A DNA stretch of 62,942 bases from a virus (lineage: Duplodnaviria > Caudoviricetes), in IMG/VR virus record IMGVR_UViG_3300009152_000050, positions 1 to 62,942 of that record; one strand, written 5' to 3'. The position numbers were made by a program, and so were the translations under genes. Of the stretch, positions 49,459 through 57,245 are shown piece after piece (positions within the stretch are counted from its first letter, which is position 1; each line of letters begins with the position of its first letter). The notes under the pieces are model-generated. The model searched no databases and had not been told where the DNA came from. It worked only from the letters and a program-made list of their open reading frames with translations.

Positions 49459-50867
49459 ATTTTTAATAGTTTATTTGATTTTTCTATAATAAAAAATTCA
49501 CCATGAGAGCAGCAAGGAGGTCTTTCTTTATCATAAATACACTCTACCCCCGTAGTTCCACAGACTGAATGATAACAATTTTTATACTCTTGGCTTGGAC
49601 ACTCCCCTTGTACTACTCCTATTTTTTCAAAGTTACTATATCTCAATGTTAAATCAACACTTCCTGATAATATTACTGTTGGTGTACCTAATGCTACTGA
49701 TATTTGAGCAACTCCCGAATCTAAAGCTATTACTAAGTCAGCACCTTTACACATATACATAAGTAAATCTTTAGTAGGGCAGTTATAGTGTGGTGCTATA
49801 TGTTCTATTGGGTTATTGCCTACTTGAAATACAAGGTAGCCTATTTTTTGGTAGTAAGCAACTATTAATGCCCAATTAACTCCATAGCTATTTCGGTGGG
49901 GCATATTTAAATTATCGTAATGAATTAGTATATACTTTTGGAATATCTTTTGATGTGGTTCTTGGTGCATATAAAGCCTTGAATTACGTAGTTCTCCATC
50001 ACTTATCCCTGCCATTTCGTAATAAGACTTTAATACAAGTTGTTTAGGCTTTATTTCGTAAGCCATATCAAGATTGATAACCTTAATTGGTTTTATCTTA
50101 GGATTCATTTGAGATATGTGCTTCAAAAAATATGGATATTGCAAAAACAACTTCATATCATCTAAAGGTATATCTAATACTACTTGGTAATTATTTTTTG
50201 CAAAATATTCTACTACTGGCTCTGCCATAATAATATCGCCTGTTGCACCCAACCTCTTTATAACTATATGCTCTCTGAATGGCTGCCAAAAAAATGAGTG
50301 AAATCCCAACGTCCGTTGATATGGCTCTCTTAATTCAAATGAAAATCTTTCTGCAACTTCAATAGGCGCAAACACTATGTTGTGTTTCTTTTCAAGATAT
50401 GCTCCATATAATCGGCAAATTGCATCATCTTCTTGTTCTGTTACATCTATAAAATCATCAGTACCTAACGCTTCTAATAACTTTTTTGACCTAATAGAAA
50501 ATCCTCCATTACCTACTGCTCTTTCGCTATCAGGATAGTTCCATGCTCCCCCAATATAGTCAAATTCTAAAAACTCTTTTCCCCACATTTCTTCACAAAT
50601 AGGGTAGCCATCGTGTTGTATTACTAAGCAATAGTCTGTGGTTATATACTTCCACAATTCCTTTATCATAAAATAGCTATACTCATTCTTGCTTTTTATC
50701 TTTTGTATAACTATTGTTTCTGCTTCATCAATATTAATATCTACATCGGTAAAAAATATTGTCCTTGCTGGATTTAGTATTTTTAATGTTTTATTAATAG
50801 CTAAAACCGCTTTTCCTTGATTTACGCAATCAACTATAACTACTGTTACATTATTTAGATTTACCAT
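49455..50867 (-). CDS. DUF5672-like GT-A domain fused to a GT9 (heptosyltransferase-like) domain
   Basis: IQHDGY, DYIG, GNGGFSIRS, EDD; RLGATGDII, ALDSG..Q...ALGTP. Confidence 0.8.
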   Translation of the reverse strand: MVNLNNVTVVIVDCVNQGKAVLAINKTLKILNPARTIFFTDVDINIDEAETIVIQKIKSKNEYSYFMIKELWKYITTDYCLVIQHDGYPICEEMWGKEFLEFDYIGGAWNYPDSERAVGNGGFSIRSKKLLEALGTDDFIDVTEQEDDAICRLYGAYLEKKHNIVFAPIEVAERFSFELREPYQRTLGFHSFFWQPFREHIVIKRLGATGDIIMAEPVVEYFAKNNYQVVLDIPLDDMKLFLQYPYFLKHISQMNPKIKPIKVINLDMAYEIKPKQLVLKSYYEMAGISDGELRNSRLYMHQEPHQKIFQKYILIHYDNLNMPHRNSYGVNWALIVAYYQKIGYLVFQVGNNPIEHIAPHYNCPTKDLLMYMCKGADLVIALDSGVAQISVALGTPTVILSGSVDLTLRYSNFEKIGVVQGECPSQEYKNCYHSVCGTTGVECIYDKERPPCCSHGEFFIIEKSNKLLKI

Positions 50868-51252
50868 TGGTTAAAATTTTCGTTGTAGAAAACCCTTTTA
50901 TTCTTTTAAAGTATTTTATTTCTTTTGCGTATTCGCCACCTATTATTTTTTTACCTTCCCAATCACTACCTACTACCATTACATCAGGAGAGTATTTTTT
51001 TATCATTTCTGCCAGTTCTTCATCAGAGTTAAATACTTGTACCATACCTACCCCTTTTATGCTCATAAGGTTTGATACCCTTTGTTCTTGTGTATGGAAT
51101 GGCCTATCTACTCCTTTCATTTCTTTTACTCTTTCATCTGAATCTACTGCCATAGATAAAAACCCTCCTAATGTTCTTGCATACTTTATTAACTCAAAAT
51201 GTGCATGAGTTAGTACGTCAAATGTTCCGTTTACCCAAACTGTTTTTATCAT
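50851..51252 (-). CDS. Nucleotidyltransferase, RfaE/HldE domain II-like
   Basis: NGTFDVLTHAH, DSD..V...KG..RP, VGSDW, GFSTT. Confidence 0.88.
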   Translation of the reverse strand: MIKTVWVNGTFDVLTHAHFELIKYARTLGGFLSMAVDSDERVKEMKGVDRPFHTQEQRVSNLMSIKGVGMVQVFNSDEELAEMIKKYSPDVMVVGSDWEGKKIIGGEYAKEIKYFKRIKGFSTTKILTNGKSK

Positions 51253-51253
51253 A

Positions 51254-51607
51254 TTAATCTCCTTTTATTATTCTGTAACTGTCAGATTCAAAATGTTGTG
51301 TACTAAACTCATACAATTCAGAATCTTCTATTGCTTCCATTTGGTGAATAAGTCCAACTGGAATGTGGAATATATCACCTTCTTGTAGTATGAAAAAATT
51401 AGCTTTTTCTACATTTTCATCATATCCACATCTTAGTATCATTTTACCTTTTGATAGTCTAAATGTTTCGTCTTTTATTTTGTGCTTATGAAAACTGCAT
51501 TTTTTACCTTTATCAAAGTAAAGTATCTTTCCGCAATATTTATCATTGTTTACTATCCATTCTTCTTTTCCCCAACCTTTGATATGTATTTCTGCTTCTT
51601 TTCTCAT
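51254..51607 (-). CDS. Cupin sugar isomerase (D-lyxose/mannose-6-P isomerase-like)
   Basis: KGWGKEEWI, CSFHKH..KDETF, FSTQHFESDSYR. Confidence 0.8.
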   Translation of the reverse strand: MRKEAEIHIKGWGKEEWIVNNDKYCGKILYFDKGKKCSFHKHKIKDETFRLSKGKMILRCGYDENVEKANFFILQEGDIFHIPVGLIHQMEAIEDSELYEFSTQHFESDSYRIIKGD

Positions 51608-52347
51608 ATCGTTGTTACTCCTTTTTTTGCAACTACTTGGGCTGCAATTTTGTTTGCAAATATAATTGAGTTTTTAATATCCTTAGTTTTCAAATACTTA
51701 GTTACTAATGCAGCTAAGAATGTATCTCCTGCACCTGAAAGGTCTTGTATCTTTACTTCTACTCCTTTAAAGTTTTCCCCATTGTAGTCGCATCCGTCTT
51801 TCCCTTTTGTTATTATTAATTGATCTCGCCAGTTTATTTCGGATGCCCCATTTAGTTCAGACTTACTCCATTCGTGTTCATTTATTTTTACAAAAGTAAA
51901 CCCTTGCGCCCATTCCCCTAATGGTGTTTTTGTATCTAAGAATGATAGTTTTGAATCATCAGCAATGCGTTCCATATCCCACTTAGTTAGAAATCCTTTT
52001 GCATAATCACTTACCACTACTGCATCAAAGTCATTGTAATCATGGTCATTAAACATAAACTTACCATTGCCGTCTATTGGTTCATCTACTCTTAGTAATG
52101 TATAGTTAGACTTTTCATCTACAAATCTTGCTTTTTGTGGTTTTGCTTTATTGGTATCGTATGTTATTTTTATGGTTTTATCTAATGCCTTAATATTAGC
52201 AACTACATTACCAGCCATCCCTTCATTTTCACTAAAATATTCAACATCTAATATAGCAGTAGGACATTCGGGGGATATTCTATTAACCTTGCCATAATAA
52301 AATCTATCAATACATGAATCACCTATTACAAGTATTTTATAAGACAT
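51604..52347 (-). CDS. PfkB-family sugar kinase, RfaE/HldE domain I-like
   Basis: VIGD...D...G...RISPE, GMAGNV, SDYAKG, DLSGAGDTF. Confidence 0.9.
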   Translation of the reverse strand: MSYKILVIGDSCIDRFYYGKVNRISPECPTAILDVEYFSENEGMAGNVVANIKALDKTIKITYDTNKAKPQKARFVDEKSNYTLLRVDEPIDGNGKFMFNDHDYNDFDAVVVSDYAKGFLTKWDMERIADDSKLSFLDTKTPLGEWAQGFTFVKINEHEWSKSELNGASEINWRDQLIITKGKDGCDYNGENFKGVEVKIQDLSGAGDTFLAALVTKYLKTKDIKNSIIFANKIAAQVVAKKGVTTI

Positions 52348-53146
52348 ATTTTTCTTTTAATTGGTTAAAATATAATGTTAGAGCATCTTGATAAATAAAA
52401 GCATATCCATTAAATCCATTTGGCATAGTATTCGGGAACTGTGAACAAACTTCTAATACTCTTGGAACTTTCAGGGCATTTGATAAATGGAAACATAAAC
52501 TTTGATTACCTAAAAAGAAAGCGCAATTATCTATAATTTTAGCTAATTCTAAAAAATCTTTTATTGGATAATATTCAATGTTTAAATCCCATTTTTTGTT
52601 AAATAACTTATGTTCCTCTGGCGTTCCCACAAATATAATATCTTTTTCACTATCTTTCAAAAAATAATATTGTATGTACGGGTTTCTGTATCTATCGGTA
52701 AAATTTATGACTATTTTATTATTAAAATGACCATATTCAGATTCATAAATGGATAGCCATTCTTCTGATAAATCACAAGCTAATTGTGGAAACACAAACC
52801 AACTCCAACTAAATATATCTCCATAAGGCATTGGTATATACTTTCTATCTCTTGTTATTTGAAAATCTAAATCTACCGCTTCCCCTTTCCATACCCTAAA
52901 TGATTCTATATAATTTTGTGATTCTATTAGTGGCTTCATTAAGTCAAATGTTTCCTGATTGAAACATACTTGTTGTCCTTCATGTTTTATTGGATGATCT
53001 GCACCTTCATAATAAAAAGCGGGAAAGTTAATGTATTGGTATATAGTAGTCTTAATTCTTGTTTCTCTATATAATTTTTTAAGTCCGGGCAGTATTGTAA
53101 TTAAATCCCCTGAATTATAATGATGTAATATTTTATAACTATTCAT
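52337..53146 (-). CDS. GT9-like (GT-B) glycosyltransferase
   Basis: SGDLI, DFLELA.II....FFLGNQS. Confidence 0.7.
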   Translation of the reverse strand: MNSYKILHHYNSGDLITILPGLKKLYRETRIKTTIYQYINFPAFYYEGADHPIKHEGQQVCFNQETFDLMKPLIESQNYIESFRVWKGEAVDLDFQITRDRKYIPMPYGDIFSWSWFVFPQLACDLSEEWLSIYESEYGHFNNKIVINFTDRYRNPYIQYYFLKDSEKDIIFVGTPEEHKLFNKKWDLNIEYYPIKDFLELAKIIDNCAFFLGNQSLCFHLSNALKVPRVLEVCSQFPNTMPNGFNGYAFIYQDALTLYFNQLKEKYVL

Positions 53147-53209
53147 TAAATTTATTTTGTTTTTATATAATTTTACTCTATTATTTTTTAAAAACTAAAC
53201 TTTCTTACT

Positions 53210-53458
53210 ATGGCACAAATTTTTGCAGCATCCATTTACGGAGCAAACAAAAACGATTGGAACACACCGCAAGGTACTCAAATGGGTTTTTCTACCCAAA
53301 ATGTAATCATTAGGCAAATTGACGGAGGCACTACCGCTTATTCAGGAGTTAACTGTGTAAGTCAAATTCAGTTGTTACCAACTGCTCCATCACCAATTCA
53401 GCCTGTTTATTACAGTCCTTTGACTGTTGCAGCTTTAATTGTTTTGGCTAACGCTTAA
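53210..53458 (+). CDS. Small hypothetical protein, possibly structural
   Basis: Isolated plus-strand ORF followed by a terminator. Confidence 0.65.
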   Translation: MAQIFAASIYGANKNDWNTPQGTQMGFSTQNVIIRQIDGGTTAYSGVNCVSQIQLLPTAPSPIQPVYYSPLTVAALIVLANA

Positions 53459-53476
53459 TTATTAAATTTTGTTTTC

Positions 53477-53508
53477 AAAAAAGCCTCTATTTATTTAGGG
53501 GCTTTTTT
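53477..53508. terminator. Bidirectional terminator
   Basis: AAAAAAGCCTCTA...TAGGGGCTTTTTT between convergent genes. Confidence 0.8.
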
Positions 53509-54101
53509 AGTTTCTGTTCAATTATTTTTAGTCTTGCCCTGTAATCTATTAAAAGTTGCTTTAGTTCATCAGTTCCTATTTTCTCTACTTCTCTGCTTCT
53601 TTCTTTTAATTGCTCTACTATTCCTGTGTGTTCTTTTTCAAGTTGTTCTGCATATTTTTGTAGGTTTCCATCAAGGTACTGGTTGCATTTTTTACAGCCG
53701 GCACGTAAATTAAATCTTATATCAAACCTTACCCCCATGTGCTTTCTTGATATAAAGTGCATATTGTCTGCCATCGTAAAGTGTACCTTAGTGCCACATA
53801 TATAACAGTTTAAATAGCCTTTATCATCTGATGCCATTATACGTACTATGCGACTTGTGATAGTATCAAGTTCTTCTATTAAGTTATTGCGATTTTCTGC
53901 TAACTCTTTTTGATTATCTGATACATGAGGTAATGTTCTTATTCTATTCCTTTCCGATGCTCTGTCTATCTGTTGCTTTATCTTATTGTTCTTATGGCAG
54001 TTGTATAAACAAAATAAATCTTTACCCACTTTAACACAAGCTACATTCTTATCTCCACATTGAGAACAATTACCAATTTTATGTTTAGGAAGTAGGCTCA
54101 T
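53487..54101 (-). CDS. ninG: NinG/Rap-like endonuclease
   Basis: CYICG, HFISR.H..VRFD..N...GC..CN....GN. Confidence 0.8.
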   Translation of the reverse strand: MSLLPKHKIGNCSQCGDKNVACVKVGKDLFCLYNCHKNNKIKQQIDRASERNRIRTLPHVSDNQKELAENRNNLIEELDTITSRIVRIMASDDKGYLNCYICGTKVHFTMADNMHFISRKHMGVRFDIRFNLRAGCKKCNQYLDGNLQKYAEQLEKEHTGIVEQLKERSREVEKIGTDELKQLLIDYRARLKIIEQKLKKPLNK

Positions 54102-54115
54102 GTATTATGTTTTAT

Positions 54116-54147
54116 CAAAAATATAAATAGTTAATGTAATTACCAAA
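54116..54147 (-). promoter_or_regulatory. Leftward Bacteroidota promoter
   Basis: Minus strand: TTTG, 20-nt spacer, TATTTTTG. Confidence 0.65.
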
Positions 54148-54193
54148 TTAATTTTACTACATTAAAAATATTTTTTTAGTTCAATTAAAGTTA

Positions 54194-54201
54194 TATATTT
54201 G
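54194..54201 (+). promoter_or_regulatory. Rightward -7 element (divergent pair)
   Basis: TATATTTG 4 nt before the ATG at 54206. Confidence 0.6.
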
Positions 54202-54205
54202 TGTC

Positions 54206-54349
54206 ATGACAGAAAAAAGCACAAAGGGTAGAAAGCCATTACCCGATAAAGAAAAGAAAGTACCTGTTACTGTATGGGTAAAATCAAAAAATGCACTAAT
54301 TATTACAATAGAGTGTATTAAAATAGCTAATCAGTATGATAAAGATTAA
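54206..54349 (+). CDS. Small RHH-like DNA-binding protein (47 aa, not in ORF track)
   Basis: MTEKSTKGRKPLPDKEKKVPVTVWVK. Confidence 0.6.
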   Translation: MTEKSTKGRKPLPDKEKKVPVTVWVKSKNALIITIECIKIANQYDKD

Positions 54350-54575
54350 AGTAGAAAAACCAGATAACCATTGCTTACCTCTGCCTACAAGAATACATAG
54401 GTTATCGGATAGTGTAGAGTTGGTATTAGTTGCTAAAAAGCCTAAATCTATAAAACAACAAGTTGACCTATATACCTACAAGTACCTTAATGGAATATTA
54501 AAAGATAGTACAGTAGATTATACAGAAGATGAAATAGTAAAGCAGTTAAAGAACTATTGGAGAGAAAGTATTTAA
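54336..54575 (+). CDS. Hypothetical protein
   Basis: Overlaps the preceding ORF. Confidence 0.6.
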   Translation: MIKIKVEKPDNHCLPLPTRIHRLSDSVELVLVAKKPKSIKQQVDLYTYKYLNGILKDSTVDYTEDEIVKQLKNYWRESI

Positions 54576-54595
54576 TCATTTAAAACCATAAAAAC

Positions 54596-54736
54596 ATGAA
54601 AAAATTATTCAGAAAAATTATTGCAATATACAATCGTTGTAGATACTGCGGAAGAACAATAGAAGATACTGGTGCTGGTTCTGAACCAAGACCTAATATG
54701 TGTGAAAGATGTTTTGAAAACGGAGGGGATGAATAA
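54596..54736 (+). CDS. Small zinc-finger protein (46 aa); its stop codon forms a TAAC core
   Basis: CRYC...CERC; GAA TAA C at 54734. Confidence 0.55.
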   Translation: MKKLFRKIIAIYNRCRYCGRTIEDTGAGSEPRPNMCERCFENGGDE

Positions 54737-54823
54737 CGAATGGTGCTATGAGCAGGTTTGCCTTGCAGAAATGTTCAAATTTAGCACAAATTTTATTGGC
54801 AAACTTGCTTATAGCACGTGTTA
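54734..54823 (+). repeat. attC-like hairpin F
   Basis: TAAC-gaatg-GTGCTATGAGCAGGTTTGCC ... GGCAAACTTGCTTATAGCAC-gt-GTTA. Confidence 0.85.
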
Positions 54824-54883
54824 TACGCTGGCACGGGTGATTTAGAAGAATGTTTAATTGGAATACGGTAAAAAAGAAAATAA

Positions 54884-55672
54884 ATGCGAAGCGAGGGGAA
54901 AATAGAATTGTTTAATGAGGACTGTATGCTAACTATGAAACGGATAGCATCAGGGACGGTTGATTTGATATTGACTGACCCGCCATATAACACAACGCAA
55001 TGTGAATGGGAATATGATATTGATTTAACGGCTTTATGGGCTGAATGGCAAAGGATATTGAAGCCCAATGGAGTAATATGTGTTTTTGCAGATGAACCAT
55101 TTACAAGCCGTTTAATCGTTTCAAAATTGGATTGGTTTAAAATTAGGATTACTTGGGATAAAATGACTGGCTCAAACTTTTTGAATGCTAAAAAAATGCC
55201 GTTAAAACAAACTGAAGATGTAGTAATTTTTTCAGGCGTTAAAAATGGGCAATACACTTACAACCCGATTTTAACTGATAAACCTAAACACAATATAAGA
55301 CCCGTTGGAAATAGAAAGCCAAGTGTAAATAATACTACATACGGACAACACAGCGGACAATATTCAGCGGATTACGACCCAACAAAGAACTATCCGACAA
55401 ACTTACTTTCAATAATGGCAAAGCAAGATGAATGTAATAGCGTGAACCGATGGCATCCAACTCAAAAACCTACAGAGATTATGCAATGGCTTGTAAAGAC
55501 ATTTAGCAACCAACACGAAATTGTTTTTGATGGATATAGTGGAAGCGGAGTAACTGCCATTGCTTGTGAAATTGAAAATAGAAACTTTATAGGAAGTGAA
55601 TTGAATGAGGAATATTACAAAAAAGCATTACAACGAATTAAAGATGAAACAGCACAACTTAAAATATTTTAA
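54884..55672 (+). CDS. DNA methyltransferase, N6A/N4C beta class (cassette cargo)
   Basis: TDPPY, HPTQKP, DGYSGSG. Confidence 0.92.
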   Translation: MRSEGKIELFNEDCMLTMKRIASGTVDLILTDPPYNTTQCEWEYDIDLTALWAEWQRILKPNGVICVFADEPFTSRLIVSKLDWFKIRITWDKMTGSNFLNAKKMPLKQTEDVVIFSGVKNGQYTYNPILTDKPKHNIRPVGNRKPSVNNTTYGQHSGQYSADYDPTKNYPTNLLSIMAKQDECNSVNRWHPTQKPTEIMQWLVKTFSNQHEIVFDGYSGSGVTAIACEIENRNFIGSELNEEYYKKALQRIKDETAQLKIF

Positions 55673-55867
55673 TGGTTTTGAAAAAACCAACAGAAGCGTG
55701 GGGCATTTATTTTCTTTTTTACTTCCACAAAAGTTCAATTGGAACACGGATGTAGTGCTTGCGTATAACATAAAATATGTACGTTTCCTTTGTAATTAAT
55801 TAATTTAAAGCTACTTATGATATGTTTCCTGAACGTATCGGTAGTCTTATTCAGTAAACTATAAACT

Positions 55868-56140
55868 ATGACACAAATTTCAGCAATCGCATTATCACTA
55901 TTAAATGGTGAAACATTAAGTATTATGGATGGGTACAGAAAGTTTGCCTGTTCTAATTTACCAAGAGAAATATCAAGAGGTATAGAGCAAAAGTTTGGGG
56001 TAAGAGTAGAAAGAACTCCCACTAAATTTATTTCAAGATACGGGCAGTCTGGCTCTTATCATAAATACCACCTACTTAATTCAGATCAAAATAAAGACGG
56101 AATAAAAAAAATGAAAGAATATATAAAAGAAAATATTTGA
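55868..56140 (+). CDS. Winged-HTH-like small protein
   Basis: LLNGETLSIMD...NLPREISR pattern. Confidence 0.6.
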   Translation: MTQISAIALSLLNGETLSIMDGYRKFACSNLPREISRGIEQKFGVRVERTPTKFISRYGQSGSYHKYHLLNSDQNKDGIKKMKEYIKENI

Positions 56141-56167
56141 TTGTATTGTTTTTTCCCTTTATCTTTG
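56136..56167 (+). promoter_or_regulatory. Promoter of the replication operon
   Basis: TTTG, 20-nt spacer, TATCTTTG. Confidence 0.7.
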
Positions 56168-56170
56168 ATT

Positions 56171-56292
56171 TGCGAAAACCTAAAAATGAAATTATACAAA
56201 TACATAACATTTTTTATACACAGCTAATCCGCTGCGGTTAATCTTTCTTACGCCTTCTTGCGTACGGGGTTTTCGCAGCCGCAGCGGATAGG
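56171..56292 (+). promoter_or_regulatory. Structured leader with two pairings and a 13-codon uORF
   Basis: TGCGAAAACC/GGTTTTCGCA and ATCCGCTGCGG/CCGCAGCGGAT. Confidence 0.55.
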
Positions 56293-56307
56293 CTTATTTT
56301 TATTATT

Positions 56308-56835
56308 ATGGCTAAACGACTTACCGATTCGGAAAAATGGAATGACGATTGGTTTATATCATTAGATAATGATTACCGAATCATTTGGATATGGTTACTT
56401 GATAATTGCAGCCATGCTGGTATCTGTAAAAGGAGCATGAAATTGTTAAATATGATGTGTAATACCAATATTACGGAGGAAGAATTATTAAAGCAAATGG
56501 AAGAAAGGGTTGTTTTAGTAGATAATAACTGGTTCATTCCCAAGTTTTTAAAATTTCAATACGCAAATTTGCATAGCGATAGACCTGTAATTGTTTCGGT
56601 AGTAAAAGAGTTAGTTAAATTAGGTTATGATAAATTAATTCCTGAATCATTTGGTAATGATTACTTAATGATTAAGGATAAAAGTAAGGATAAGGATATT
56701 AGTATTGTTAAACATAAAAAAAACGAAAATGGAAAATTTAGCGGAAACTTTAAATCACAGGGGGAAGAATTTTTCTTTGGCAGAATTGAAAAAGGATTTG
56801 AAAAATTTAGGGAAAGTAGAGTGTCTGGTGATTGA
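56308..56835 (+). CDS. Replication initiator/replisome-organiser-like protein
   Basis: MAKRLTDSEKW.DDWF..L, LLDNCSHAGI, WFIPKFLKFQY. Confidence 0.7.
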   Translation: MAKRLTDSEKWNDDWFISLDNDYRIIWIWLLDNCSHAGICKRSMKLLNMMCNTNITEEELLKQMEERVVLVDNNWFIPKFLKFQYANLHSDRPVIVSVVKELVKLGYDKLIPESFGNDYLMIKDKSKDKDISIVKHKKNENGKFSGNFKSQGEEFFFGRIEKGFEKFRESRVSGD

Positions 56836-57223
56836 TGCAAGATTAGAAGGAAAAACATTTTCCCAAATGTCGGAGGAAGAATTAGTAGTAGCAGTAGATC
56901 AAATAATTTTAAGGAGTAGTGCAGAAATTGGGTGCGACCTTCCTTTTACAGAAATGTTTTCAAATGTACTTTCAGAACAAATAATATTATTTATTAATAA
57001 TTGCGGGTACGAAAATTATACTTTAAGGGAAGTGTTATTATCTTTTCAGATTAACCTAATACACCCATTACCAAAATATTTAGCAGTAGAATTACATGAA
57101 GTTATTTTTTCAGGTCGTTGTGTAAACGTAAGTTTTATATCCAAGACTTTGAGTAATTATAAGGAGATAAGGCATCAACTTGACAGGAAATTACAAAACT
57201 TTATAGACGGCTATCAGCAATAA
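56729..57223 (+). CDS. Replication-associated hypothetical protein
   Basis: ATG (MENL) between initiator and primase-helicase. Confidence 0.6.
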   Translation: MENLAETLNHRGKNFSLAELKKDLKNLGKVECLVIDARLEGKTFSQMSEEELVVAVDQIILRSSAEIGCDLPFTEMFSNVLSEQIILFINNCGYENYTLREVLLSFQINLIHPLPKYLAVELHEVIFSGRCVNVSFISKTLSNYKEIRHQLDRKLQNFIDGYQQ

Positions 57224-57245
57224 TGTACCATTAAAACATTAAAAG

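Larger units (their letters stand above)
54734..55845. mobile_element. Solo integron-like cassette with attI-like remnant, no integrase
   Basis: Hairpin F, complementary cassette ends, terminal site similar to 8231-8295. Confidence 0.75.
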
